Below are positions 20,636-29,806 of a stretch of DNA of 64,000 nucleotides, piece by piece. The position numbers and the translations under genes are program-made. This DNA is from Oscillospiraceae bacterium (GTDB lineage Bacteria > Bacillota > Clostridia > Oscillospirales > Ruminococcaceae), in NCBI GenBank assembly GCA_022800935.1, contig JAAWRH010000020.1, positions 507-64,506 of the forward strand, in the 5' to 3' direction. The notes beneath the pieces were generated by a model. The model ran no database searches, was not told where the DNA came from, and was given only the letters and a program-made list of their open reading frames with translations. Within the stretch, counting starts at the first letter, position 1; every line of letters begins with the position of its first letter.

Positions 20636-21660
20636 GGTACGGATATCGGGTAAAGATGCTCCTGCTGCTGGCGGCGGCTTTGGCGGCGCTGCTGCTGGGG
20701 GCAGGCGTTGGCAGCGTGGCCGTTGCGCCGGGGGATATCCTGGCCATCCTCGCCAACCGCCTGACCGGCGCGCCCCTGCCGGAGAGCCTGCCCCCCAGCT
20801 ACTCGGCCATGGTGCTGGATATGCGGCTTCCGCGGGTGCTGCTGGCCTTCCTCACCGGGGCCGCCCTGGCGGCCGGCGGCGCTGTTATGCAGTCCATCCT
20901 GCAAAATCCCCTGGCCTCCCCCTTTGGGATGGGGGTCTCCTCCGGCGCGGGGCTGGGGGCCGCTCTGGTGATTGTTTCGGGGCTGACCGGCGGCGCACTG
21001 GGAAAGTTCCTCCTGCCCTCCGTCAGCCTGGGCTTTGCACTGGGCTCGGTATTTCTGGTAGTGTTCGCGGCATCCCGTCTGGACCGGGGGATGTCCAATA
21101 CTACCGTCATTCTGGTGGGCATGGTCCTTTCCCTGTTCTGCAATGCGGTTATGAACCTGCTTGCCTCCAGCTCTCCCGCCTACGCCCAGCGCATCCAGCT
21201 CTGGCAGCTGGGGAGCTTCTCCATGAGGGAATGGAGCGCGGTATGGGCGCTTGCCCCTGCCTTGGCCGCAGGACTGCTGTTCTTTATGGCCTTCTCCAGG
21301 GAGCTGGATGTGATGACCTTCGGCGAGGAGCAGGCCGCCTCCATGGGGGTGGAGCTGGTGAAGACCAAGCGGAGGCTGCTGGCCGCCGTGGCAGCCCTGA
21401 CCGGTACGGCAGTGGCCTTTGTGGGAATCATCGGCTTTGTGGACCTGATTGCGCCCCACGTCGTCCGCCGCTGGTTCGGCGCGTCCCACCGCCGGGTACT
21501 GCCTGCCAGCGCCCTCTTCGGCGGGACCTTTCTGGTGCTGTGCGACCTGGCCGCCCGGACGCTGACCCCGCCCAGGGAGATTCCCATCGGCTCCATTACG
21601 GCGCTGCTGGGCGCGCCCTTTTTTCTGTATATCTTCTTTGCCGGGCGTATGCGGAGGTGA
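20632..21660 (+). CDS. FecCD/BtuC-family ABC permease
   Basis: 342 aa, about 9-10 TM segments, RLPRVLLAFLTGAALAAGGAVMQ...ITALLGAPFFLYI is typical of FecCD. 4-nt overlap with the upstream gene. Confidence 0.9.
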   Translation: MRYGYRVKMLLLLAAALAALLLGAGVGSVAVAPGDILAILANRLTGAPLPESLPPSYSAMVLDMRLPRVLLAFLTGAALAAGGAVMQSILQNPLASPFGMGVSSGAGLGAALVIVSGLTGGALGKFLLPSVSLGFALGSVFLVVFAASRLDRGMSNTTVILVGMVLSLFCNAVMNLLASSSPAYAQRIQLWQLGSFSMREWSAVWALAPALAAGLLFFMAFSRELDVMTFGEEQAASMGVELVKTKRRLLAAVAALTGTAVAFVGIIGFVDLIAPHVVRRWFGASHRRVLPASALFGGTFLVLCDLAARTLTPPREIPIGSITALLGAPFFLYIFFAGRMRR

Positions 21661-21664
21661 CGGT

Positions 21665-22417
21665 ATGCTGTATGTAGAACACCTCAGCTGCGGATACGGC
21701 GGTCCGCCGGTGCTCCGGGATGTGTCCTTTCAGGTGGATGCGGGAGAAAAGCTGTGCGTCCTGGGCCTCAACGGCTGCGGAAAGACCACCCTGCTGCGGG
21801 CCCTGGCCGGTCTGCTGCCCTGTCAGGGGCACATCCGGCTGGAGGGGACCGGCCTTGTCCGCCTGCCCGCCCGGCAGCGGGCCAAAAGGGTGGCGCTGAT
21901 GAGCCAGTTCTCCCCCGCCCCCTTCGACTACACCGTATACGAAACGGTGATGCTGGGCCGCTATGCCCACCGGAGAGGGCTTCTGTCGGGGGAAAGCGAA
22001 GAAGACCACCGGGCCGTCGAGGAAAGTCTGAGGCGCACCGGCGTCTGGGAGCTGCGGGACAGGCCGGTCACAGAGCTCTCCGGCGGCCAGCGGCAGCGGG
22101 TCTTTCTGGCCCGCACCTTTGCCCAGGCCCCCCAGGTCATCCTGCTGGACGAACCCACCAACCACCTTGACCTGCATTTTCAGGCAGAGCTGATGAACAC
22201 CCTGCGTACCTGGACGGCGGCGGAAAGCCGCTGTGTTGTGGGGGTGTTCCACGATATCAACTTGGCCCTGGACTTTGCCGATATGGTTCTGCTGCTGGAC
22301 CAAGGAAAGGTCCTGGCCCATCTGCCGGTCCGGGCCCTCACTCCGGAGCTGCTGAACCGCCTGTACGGCATGGACGTGGCCGGATTCATGAAGGCCATGC
22401 TCCGGCGATGGGAATAA
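21665..22417 (+). CDS. FecE/BtuD-type ABC ATP-binding protein
   Basis: Walker A GLNGCGKTT, signature LSGGQRQR, Walker B ILLDEPTNHLD. Start set at MLYVEHL. Confidence 0.9.
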   Translation: MLYVEHLSCGYGGPPVLRDVSFQVDAGEKLCVLGLNGCGKTTLLRALAGLLPCQGHIRLEGTGLVRLPARQRAKRVALMSQFSPAPFDYTVYETVMLGRYAHRRGLLSGESEEDHRAVEESLRRTGVWELRDRPVTELSGGQRQRVFLARTFAQAPQVILLDEPTNHLDLHFQAELMNTLRTWTAAESRCVVGVFHDINLALDFADMVLLLDQGKVLAHLPVRALTPELLNRLYGMDVAGFMKAMLRRWE

Positions 22418-22462
22418 AAGCCATTCCCGCCGGACCGGCTTAATCCAAAGGAGGAATTCCCT

Positions 22463-22978
22463 ATGGAACTATACCGCAGTCTCTACGAGGCCTACCCCTT
22501 TCTCAGCGACAGCGGCGGCGACCTGCGCTGTGACTTTGAGCTGCTGACCGACGAGCTGGCCAGCGCCGCCGGACTGCTCCGCGCCCAGACAGACGACCAA
22601 ACCCTGAAGGCCGAGCTGCTGTGGGTATGCGAGCTGATCTACAACCTGAACCCCACCCTGCGCACCCGCCTGACGGTGACGGAGGAGGAGGCCAATCGCC
22701 TGGCCGGGGCCGTCCACCGGCTCCAGGGCGAGACCACAATCCACGGCTTTGTACTGCCCCAGGGATGTCAGGCGGCCTGTACCGCCCATCTGCTACGGGT
22801 CAGGGCCAAATGTCTGGTGCGGCTGCTCTACCGTCACCTGGAACAGGGCCACCCGGTCCCCAGCCTGCTGGTGGATGTCTGCAATCTGCTGTCCGGGTAC
22901 TTCTTTCTGCTGGCGCTGAAGCTGAACGCCTTGGCGGGCGTTGCCGAGGAGAAATACGTCAGCCGGAACTACACTTAG
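22463..22978 (+). CDS. PduO-type cob(I)alamin adenosyltransferase-like helical-bundle protein lacking the N-terminal ATP motif
   Basis: GFVLPQGCQAACTAHLLRVRAKCLVRLL aligns by eye with the PduO FILPGG..AAALHLARTVCRRAER region, and LLSGYFFLLALKLN with LSDLLFVLAR. No KIYTKTGDKG-like N-terminus. Confidence 0.5.
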   Translation: MELYRSLYEAYPFLSDSGGDLRCDFELLTDELASAAGLLRAQTDDQTLKAELLWVCELIYNLNPTLRTRLTVTEEEANRLAGAVHRLQGETTIHGFVLPQGCQAACTAHLLRVRAKCLVRLLYRHLEQGHPVPSLLVDVCNLLSGYFFLLALKLNALAGVAEEKYVSRNYT

Positions 22979-22987
22979 CACAAAAAA

Positions 22988-23029
22988 CTCCGAATCAACC
23001 TGTCTGCTGGATTGATTCGGAGCTTTTTC
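22988..23029. terminator. Bidirectional rho-independent terminator
   Basis: 11-bp stem CTCCGAATCAA / TTGATTCGGAG, A-run before and TTTTT after, between convergent genes. Confidence 0.8.
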
Positions 23030-23042
23030 TTTCAAATAAACT

Positions 23043-24668
23043 TTACCAAACCGCCACAGTTCCATCCGCCCTGGGCTCGGTCGCACCCACCAGAACGCCC
23101 TCGTCGTTTCTCCAGATGATCTGCCCCCTCCCGAAGCTGACAGGGCTTACATCCACCACCATCTTGTGGCCCATCCGCGCCAGCTCCTCGGTGATGGAAT
23201 AGGGGAAATTCCTCTCCACATGGATTTCCTTTCCGCCGGTCCACTGCCACCGGGGGGCGTCCAGGGCCTCCTGGGGGTTCATGTGGAAGTCCACCGTATT
23301 GGTCACCACCTGCAAATGTCCCTGGGGCTGCATAAAGCCCCCCATCACCCCAAAGGGCCCCACCGCCCTGCCGTCCCTAGTTAAAAAGCCGGGGATAATG
23401 GTATGATAGGGCTTTTTGCCCGGCGCCAGACAGTTTTCCATCTCCTCGTTGAGGGTGAAGTTGTTCCCCCTGTCGTTGAGGGATATCCCGGTCCCCGGAA
23501 CCACCACCCCGGAGCCAAAGCCCCGGTAGTTGCTCTGGATAAAGGAGACCATGTTTCCCTCCCTATCGGCGGTGCAGAGATAGACGGTCCCGCCGCAGCT
23601 GGGGTCTCCGGGTTCGGGGGTGAGGGCACGGGGCCCGATGAGCGCCCGCCGCCTGGCGGCATATTCCTCGGAGAGCAGCTGCTCCACCGAAACGGTCATG
23701 AACCTGGGGTCGGTGACATACCTCTGTCCGTCGGCAAAGGCCAGCTTCATGGCCTCGATCTGCCGGTGGAAGGTATCGGTCAGGTCCCTGGCGGCAAAGC
23801 TGTCGTTTTTCAGGATGTTCAGCGCCATCAGGGCAACGATGCCGTGGCCGTTGGGCGGTATCTCCCAAACCCGGTACCCCTTGTAGGAGACGGAAACCGG
23901 CTCCACCCACTCCGCCCGGTAGGCGGCAAGGTCCTCCTTGGTGAGATATCCCTCCGTCTCCCTGGAGAAGGCGTCGATTCTCTCCGCAATCTCCCCCCGG
24001 TAGAAGGATTCCCCGTTGGTATCCGCAATCTCCCGGAGAGTCCGGGCAATCTCCGGGGCGCGCCATATCTGGCCGGGTTCAGGGGTTTTGCCCTCCGGCG
24101 CGAACAGGTCGAACCAATGGGAAAAGAGCTGAGGGCAGCTTTTCATCCCCTTTTCAAAGATTTTTGGTGCCGCCGCCCAGGACGCAGCTGTCACCGGCGC
24201 AACGGGATATCCCTCCTCTGCATAGCAGGCGGCGGGCTCCAGCGTCTCCTTCAGGGAAAGCCTCCCGAACCGTTTGGAGAGCTCTGCCCAGGCGGATGGC
24301 GCGCCGGGAACGGTGACGGGAATCCATCCCCTTTGGGGGACCTCCCCAAAACCCATGTCCTTGACCTTCCGGGCGTCCAGAGCCATGGGCGCGGGGCCGC
24401 TGCCGTTCAGACCGTACAGCCTGGCGTCGGCCTGTATCCAAACCAGGGCAAAGGCGTCGCTGCCCAGTCCGTTGGAGGTGGGCTCCAAAACCGTCATACA
24501 GGCGGCGGTGGCAATGGCGGCATCCACCGCGTTGCCCCCCTTTTTCAGAATATCCAGCCCCGCCTGGGCGGCAAGGGGCTGGGAGGTACACACCATGCCC
24601 CTTTTTCCGTAAATCACCCTGCGCTGGGACGGATAGGCGTATCTCAGCGGATCAAATGTAAACTGCAT
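23043..24668 (-). CDS. ggt: Gamma-glutamyltransferase
   Basis: 541 aa. VCTSQPLAAQAGLDILKKGGNAVDAAIA...GGTVYLCTADREGNMVSFIQSNYRGFGSGVVVPGTGISLNDRG...PYHTIIPGF...MGGFMQPQGHLQ. Start at MQFTF (ATG 24668) behind AGGAGG. Confidence 0.9.
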   Translation of the reverse strand: MQFTFDPLRYAYPSQRRVIYGKRGMVCTSQPLAAQAGLDILKKGGNAVDAAIATAACMTVLEPTSNGLGSDAFALVWIQADARLYGLNGSGPAPMALDARKVKDMGFGEVPQRGWIPVTVPGAPSAWAELSKRFGRLSLKETLEPAACYAEEGYPVAPVTAASWAAAPKIFEKGMKSCPQLFSHWFDLFAPEGKTPEPGQIWRAPEIARTLREIADTNGESFYRGEIAERIDAFSRETEGYLTKEDLAAYRAEWVEPVSVSYKGYRVWEIPPNGHGIVALMALNILKNDSFAARDLTDTFHRQIEAMKLAFADGQRYVTDPRFMTVSVEQLLSEEYAARRRALIGPRALTPEPGDPSCGGTVYLCTADREGNMVSFIQSNYRGFGSGVVVPGTGISLNDRGNNFTLNEEMENCLAPGKKPYHTIIPGFLTRDGRAVGPFGVMGGFMQPQGHLQVVTNTVDFHMNPQEALDAPRWQWTGGKEIHVERNFPYSITEELARMGHKMVVDVSPVSFGRGQIIWRNDEGVLVGATEPRADGTVAVW

Positions 24669-24695
24669 ATGTTCCTCCTGCATTTATGTAATTTG

Positions 24696-25016
24696 TCAAG
24701 GCTGTGGAAAACCGCCCTGTAGGTATTCCCGCAGCGCCTCCCTGTGGGCGACGGGAAGGGAGAAGGCCCCGGCGGCCTCCTCTAAAATGGAGAGGACCTT
24801 CCCCAGATAAGGCGGACAGGCGCTTTGCTCAGGGAGCAAAACCGCAATTTCACCCTGATTTTCACAGTCCGCGCCGCCCTGCCACTCGGAAAGGCAGTCC
24901 CACAGCGCGTCCAGATTTGCGCCGTAATAGGGCGGGAAATCCAGTTCCTGGGCCAGTATCCGGTGGATATGGGACGGGGTCTGGGCTGTGCGGAAATCCA
25001 GAACAATCTGTTTCAA
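24696..25016 (-). CDS. Barstar-family ribonuclease inhibitor
   Basis: [25 protein letters not shown] is nearly identical in pattern to the barstar core [22 protein letters not shown]. 106 aa. Confidence 0.9.
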   Translation of the reverse strand: [106 protein letters not shown]

Positions 25017-25100
25017 GGCAGGTCCCTCCTAAAAATACTGTATCTATTGTAATCTATTTGCGGCTCCGGCGCAAGCATAAAATCCTTCTCTCCGCCAGCT

Positions 25101-25141
25101 AAAAAAACAAGGCCTGGAACCTCGTCGAGAGGTTCCAGGCC
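25101..25141 (-). terminator. Rho-independent terminator closing the phage-like gene block
   Basis: 13-bp perfect stem GGCCTGGAACCTC / GAGGTTCCAGGCC. On the minus strand it is followed by TTTTTTT. Confidence 0.8.
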
Positions 25142-25164
25142 GTTGTGACCCGCTTGTTCAGAAA

Positions 25165-26280
25165 TCAGCCCTGATACTGCCTTAAAATCCAGTTCATCTG
25201 GCTGCCGTCCAAAATCCCCGCGTATTCCCTCTGCCAGCCGTCTATATCTCCGCTGGAGGCCAGGGACTCAAAGGCTTCGGAAAGCATCAGCTCCTCCTCC
25301 ACCTCCTTCATCAGGGAACGGCTTCTCTGCATGCTGTTTCTGGCTGTGATCTGGTCCATATCCTGCAAATGCTGCTGCCAGGAAAGGGCCTGCTGCTGTT
25401 CTGCCTTCATCCGCAGCAGTTCCTTCTGGTAATCCTGCTCCATCTGCTCCTTTTGCAGGTCCAGCGTAGCCTGGGCCTTCTGGATATCCCCACTGGCCTT
25501 GGCCTGGGTCATGGTGTTGTCGATTTCCGCCAGTTGGTTCATCCGGTCCCGCTGGATGTCGTTGCGGCTGCGCTCGTAGTTGGTGTACAGCCCCAGCAAA
25601 GCGGACTGGGCCATTCCCCCGCTCTGTCCGGCGGCGGAAAGGGTCTGAGGAAGGGCGTTCTCCGAGGACTTCAGGTTAATATACGCCTGCCGGGCGGCAT
25701 CGTCCGCCTGCTGGGTCACAGTGGATTTGGCGGCGTTAATCTGCCCCAGAAGGGCGTTTATCTGCGCGTCGATGAGGGCGTTCTGGGATTCCAGATACTT
25801 TTTGGTGTCCACGCCGGAGCCTGTGGACTCCGAGTAGGACGGCCTGGATGCCCTCAACGCCCCAATCCCCCCTCCGTAATAGGAGGAGCTGTAATCATCA
25901 TAGCGGGAGGACGTCTGTCTCTGTGTACCGGAGGAGCTTGCCTTTTTGACAACCACCCTCTTTGCCTTCGGGGCCGTGGTCTGGACAACGGGCTGAGCGG
26001 CCTTTTTAACCACTACCCTTTTCGCTGTTTTGGGGGCTGCCTGGACCGGGGCGGCGGCTTTTTTGACCACCACCCGCTTCGCCGTCTGTATGGGACTCTT
26101 TGCCGATGTGGTGCCGAACGAGTCGCTCCGGACCGCAACCCGCTTTGCGGCACTGCCTGTCTTTGATGTGTTGGAAACGCCCGCCCGGTTGACAACAACC
26201 GGCTTTGCCGCTGATACTGTACCCCGCGCCGCGGACGTATCTGTCTTTTTCTTGATTCTGATTGCCTTTGCTGCGGCCAT
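25165..26280 (-). CDS. Phage-like structural/accessory protein with Lys-rich tandem repeats and a coiled-coil C-terminal half
   Basis: Start MAAAKAIR (ATG 26280, RBS GGGAGG). About five degenerate repeats around AKRVVVKKA. The C-terminal 200 aa is Gln/Ala-rich and heptad-like. Confidence 0.6.
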   Translation of the reverse strand: MAAAKAIRIKKKTDTSAARGTVSAAKPVVVNRAGVSNTSKTGSAAKRVAVRSDSFGTTSAKSPIQTAKRVVVKKAAAPVQAAPKTAKRVVVKKAAQPVVQTTAPKAKRVVVKKASSSGTQRQTSSRYDDYSSSYYGGGIGALRASRPSYSESTGSGVDTKKYLESQNALIDAQINALLGQINAAKSTVTQQADDAARQAYINLKSSENALPQTLSAAGQSGGMAQSALLGLYTNYERSRNDIQRDRMNQLAEIDNTMTQAKASGDIQKAQATLDLQKEQMEQDYQKELLRMKAEQQQALSWQQHLQDMDQITARNSMQRSRSLMKEVEEELMLSEAFESLASSGDIDGWQREYAGILDGSQMNWILRQYQG

Positions 26281-26294
26281 ATGAAACCTCCCTC

Positions 26295-27071
26295 TTACAT
26301 TGCTTCGTCTTCCTGGAGCAGGGCGCGGAGCCCTGCCTCCAGTTCCTTGTATTTCTCTTCCCACTCCTGAGCCTCCCGGCGGAGGCGTTCCACCTCCTTG
26401 CGGAGGGCGGCCGCCGTATCCTCTTCCTCCGGTTCCGGCGGCTTCAGTCCGTTCAGGCCATACTTTTCCATGATGGAGGGATAATCCCGATAGGCCCGGT
26501 CCAGGTCGCAGGGGCCGGACACCCCGTCCACCCTCCCCTGGTCCCCCTTATATTGCCACATCCCCCACCGGTTCCCCGGCATGGTCCCCTGCCGCCAGTC
26601 GGCAATCCACCAGTCGAACCTGGTCAGCTCCTCCGGAAGCAGAAAGCTCTGCATCCAGCCGTAGCTGGTGTAGAGGGCGGCATAGTATCTCTTTTCCTCA
26701 ATCCGCTCCAAAAAGGCCCTGGCAATTTCCGTCAGCCGCGCCTTTCCAAGGCCCTGGAGGGAGGAATCCTCCATATCCAGCGCCACAGGATAGGTCATAC
26801 GGTACGGCCCGGCCATCTCCAGTAAGCTGTCAGCCGCCATACAGGCTGCCTGGGGCGTTTTGGCGTAGCTGTACAGGTATATCCCCACATTCAGCCCCGC
26901 CTTTCCCGCCTCCCGCATATTTTCGTCAAAGCGAGTGTCCTTCTGGATGGACCCGTCATACCCGCACCACCCGGCGCGGACCATGACAAAGGACTTTCCC
27001 GCTGCCCTGACCCGGTCAAAGTCAATGGTCCCGTTAAACTGGGACACGTCGATCCCTTCCCAGATTTCCAT
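26295..27071 (-). CDS. GH25 family muramidase (endolysin-like) with coiled-coil tail
   Basis: GIDVSQFNGTIDFDRVRAAGKSFVMVRAG...GIYLYSYA...WQYKGDQGRVDGVSGPCDLD is typical of GH25 lysozymes. No signal peptide. Confidence 0.85.
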   Translation of the reverse strand: MEIWEGIDVSQFNGTIDFDRVRAAGKSFVMVRAGWCGYDGSIQKDTRFDENMREAGKAGLNVGIYLYSYAKTPQAACMAADSLLEMAGPYRMTYPVALDMEDSSLQGLGKARLTEIARAFLERIEEKRYYAALYTSYGWMQSFLLPEELTRFDWWIADWRQGTMPGNRWGMWQYKGDQGRVDGVSGPCDLDRAYRDYPSIMEKYGLNGLKPPEPEEEDTAAALRKEVERLRREAQEWEEKYKELEAGLRALLQEDEAM

Positions 27072-27152
27072 GAAAATCCTCCTTTCTCACAATTCATACA
27101 GTGAATGGCACACAGTACATAAAATGACGCCCTGCCTGTCCACGGTTCCATT

Positions 27153-27872
27153 TCACTGGAACCGGGTGCATCTCACCGACCATCCCCCGGCAGGGCCCTC
27201 CGGCGTTTTGGGATGGTAAAAATACTCCAGCAGATAACAACTTCCCGCCGCCAGCACCGGTTTTTTCCCATCCGCGAACATGATGCCCTCTCCCCAGTCC
27301 GCCGACCCCTCCGGTCCGATGGACAGAAACCCCCGCATGGAGAGAAACCGGCCTCCCGCTCCCCCAGGGGGATTGAGCACCAGGGCCACGTCCGAATCCG
27401 CCGTCAGCGCGAAATCCGCCCCCGGCGCCGGTGTAAAGGAGCCCGCCGGGGCGGAGACGGATATCTTCTCCGCCAGCCTCCCCAGCTTCCGCTCCTCCTC
27501 CGAAATGTGGAGCTGGTCGCTGAGTCCGTGGGCCTCTATCTGCTCCCGGACGTGCCGGACCGTCGCCGGGTGGTAATCCTTCCGGGGTGTGTAGGGCGTC
27601 ACATTGTCCTTTTCCAGGACGTTAGCCTTCTCCGCCTTTTTGGGTATGGAATTGGAAAGCTCGTTTACCTTTGCCGCCAAGCGGGTGTTGTTGTCGTTCT
27701 GGGCGGTCGCTAGGCGGCTGATTGCGGGGGCCAGCACCTCTCTGGGCAGCTCGTCCAGAATTCGCTGCATCTCCTCCGGGGAAACCCCTGGGGGATTGGG
27801 CCTGCCCACATTCCCCTTTCCCTGCATATCCTGCTGGCTGACGCCGGTCAGCGCGGTCATTTGAATCGCCAT
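27153..27872 (-). CDS. Hypothetical phage-like protein
   Basis: 239-aa ORF with coding-like composition inside the phage-like block. Start MAIQMT with RBS AAAGGAG. No family recognised. Confidence 0.55.
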   Translation of the reverse strand: MAIQMTALTGVSQQDMQGKGNVGRPNPPGVSPEEMQRILDELPREVLAPAISRLATAQNDNNTRLAAKVNELSNSIPKKAEKANVLEKDNVTPYTPRKDYHPATVRHVREQIEAHGLSDQLHISEEERKLGRLAEKISVSAPAGSFTPAPGADFALTADSDVALVLNPPGGAGGRFLSMRGFLSIGPEGSADWGEGIMFADGKKPVLAAGSCYLLEYFYHPKTPEGPAGGWSVRCTRFQ

Positions 27873-27893
27873 AAAAAGTCTCCTTTCCAAAGG

Positions 27894-29759
27894 TCACTTC
27901 CGATAATCACTGGTCTCGGAAAACTCCACCGATACCTGGTACAGCCCAAAGGGCTCCTTCCGCTGGTCGTTGAGCAGCCGGAACCTGACCTTGTCATAGC
28001 CCCGCAGCCGTTTTTTCAGGGTAAAGGTCCTGGGGGAAGCATCGTTGTCATAGGTCAGCTTTCCATAGTCTAGCTGCCCGTAATCCCAGTACCTGGCCCG
28101 GAGCTGTTCCTGGTGGAGGGTCTCCCACCTTCCGGACACGTGGGCCATTATCTTCACGCCGGTGGCGGGGGAGCTGGCCAGCTGGAGGGAAAGCTTCCGG
28201 AAGGTCTTTTTGCGGAAGAAGTTCTTCCCGGAAAAGTCCGGAAGCTCCCAGTAGGCCGTGATAGGCTCCCCGTCGTCCTGGTAGGAGGAAATCTCCTCCG
28301 GGTCGCGGTAGAATTCCATGACCTTACCGTCCTTCCGCCCGAACCGCAGCGCCCCGTCCTGCTCCCAAAGCACCCTGGCCCCGATGTTCAGCCAGTAGTA
28401 CCCCTCATATTGATAGGTGCTGTAGGGGGCGTCCTTTTCATAGCTCTTGGAAAGCCCGTCCAGGATATATATTCTCTCTCCCACCGCCAGAAAGTAGAAG
28501 TCCCGGTAGACGGCCGCGCAGGCGTTTTCCAGCTCCGGCTCCGCCAGCAGAGCCTTGTTGAGGTAGAAGCTCCGGTTCTGGGCATACCGTTCCCCGGTCA
28601 CATCCGCGGGGGTGACGGCGTAGATTCCCAGCCGGGTCAAAAAGAGGGGCTCTCCGGAAAGGTAGGCAAAGGCGGCGGTGGAAACCGCACCCTGTCCCTG
28701 CAAAACGCCGGTGACGGGGAAGGAGGCGGACCCGTTGGCAAGCTCGCCCCGCCGCAGAAAGATATTGCGTCCGTCCTCTCCCCGGTCCTTGTGGGCGGCA
28801 AGGGAGCTGCTGATGACAGAATACCCCATAATTCTGCCGCTCTCCTGCCCCAGGGAGGAAAACCAGATGTCCCCGAAAAAGCTGGGGTCATTCTGCTGGC
28901 TGTACCAGTCCCGGTTGGGCCAGGCGTCGTTTCCGCTGACAAACAGCCGGTCGGAAGCGCCGCCCACGCCGTACAGCACCCCGAAGCGGCATCCCTCGAT
29001 GGGGCAGGCGCTCAGCTTCCGGGAAGCGCGAATTTTCACGTTGTCCCGCCCGCTCACTGGGGAGGCCCCCGGCGCGGTGATAAAGTTGACCACCCCGCTG
29101 GTGCGGTTGACCGAAAACTTCTCCCCCTCCTTCCACTTTTCCCAGCTGCCGCTGGTCTGTAGAACCTCCACCTCCACAGGGGTATCGTCCAGATTGCCCG
29201 CCGAAAGCTGATAGGCGGTCACACCCGACTGGCCCAGGAAATCCTCCTCCCACCTTGGCTGGAGGAGGTTAAAGGGCTCCAGGGAAACGCCCCCACCGGT
29301 GGGGTCGCGGGAGATCAGCACCGTGGGCACATACGCCTCCTCCCGCACCGGCCTGCAAACCCAGCCCCCGTTTTGGCGGTAGAGGACAAGGTAGTGCTCC
29401 CCGTCCAAAAAGTAGAGCTTTTTGTTCAGCTGAACGGCATAGCTGCGGGTATCCGCCGCCCCCTCGTAGATTTTCACCCCGTCCTCGGAATAAAGAGCGG
29501 TCCCCCCGTGGATAACGGCAAAGCTCTCCCCCTGCCCCCACAGGGAAAAACACCCGTTGATGCGCCCCGGAAACCGGCGCACCAGATGGTAGCCGCAGCG
29601 CTTGCGCACCTTGCCGGGCACGTCCCGTATCATGTTGGGGGCATCGGGACTGCGGTTGAGGGAGACGTTGGCCGGGGCGTTGTGCAGGTCCACCCCCTTG
29701 AATTCGGAGATAGTGGTCCGGCTGCGGGCCGTACCGGCCGGGACAGAAAAATATGCCAA
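27894..29759 (-). CDS. Phage-like large structural protein (tail/nozzle candidate by size and position)
   Basis: 621 aa, beta-rich repetitive pattern (…LYFLDGEHYLVLY…, …FYFLAVGERIYILDG…). It follows the capsid gene and a ~200-aa adaptor-sized gene, as in podovirus modules. The assignment is positional only. Confidence 0.55.
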   Translation of the reverse strand: MAYFSVPAGTARSRTTISEFKGVDLHNAPANVSLNRSPDAPNMIRDVPGKVRKRCGYHLVRRFPGRINGCFSLWGQGESFAVIHGGTALYSEDGVKIYEGAADTRSYAVQLNKKLYFLDGEHYLVLYRQNGGWVCRPVREEAYVPTVLISRDPTGGGVSLEPFNLLQPRWEEDFLGQSGVTAYQLSAGNLDDTPVEVEVLQTSGSWEKWKEGEKFSVNRTSGVVNFITAPGASPVSGRDNVKIRASRKLSACPIEGCRFGVLYGVGGASDRLFVSGNDAWPNRDWYSQQNDPSFFGDIWFSSLGQESGRIMGYSVISSSLAAHKDRGEDGRNIFLRRGELANGSASFPVTGVLQGQGAVSTAAFAYLSGEPLFLTRLGIYAVTPADVTGERYAQNRSFYLNKALLAEPELENACAAVYRDFYFLAVGERIYILDGLSKSYEKDAPYSTYQYEGYYWLNIGARVLWEQDGALRFGRKDGKVMEFYRDPEEISSYQDDGEPITAYWELPDFSGKNFFRKKTFRKLSLQLASSPATGVKIMAHVSGRWETLHQEQLRARYWDYGQLDYGKLTYDNDASPRTFTLKKRLRGYDKVRFRLLNDQRKEPFGLYQVSVEFSETSDYRK

Positions 29760-29806
29760 ATGAAGCTCCTCCTCTCACAGAAAATTTCTCGCTGTACGGC
29801 CCCCGC

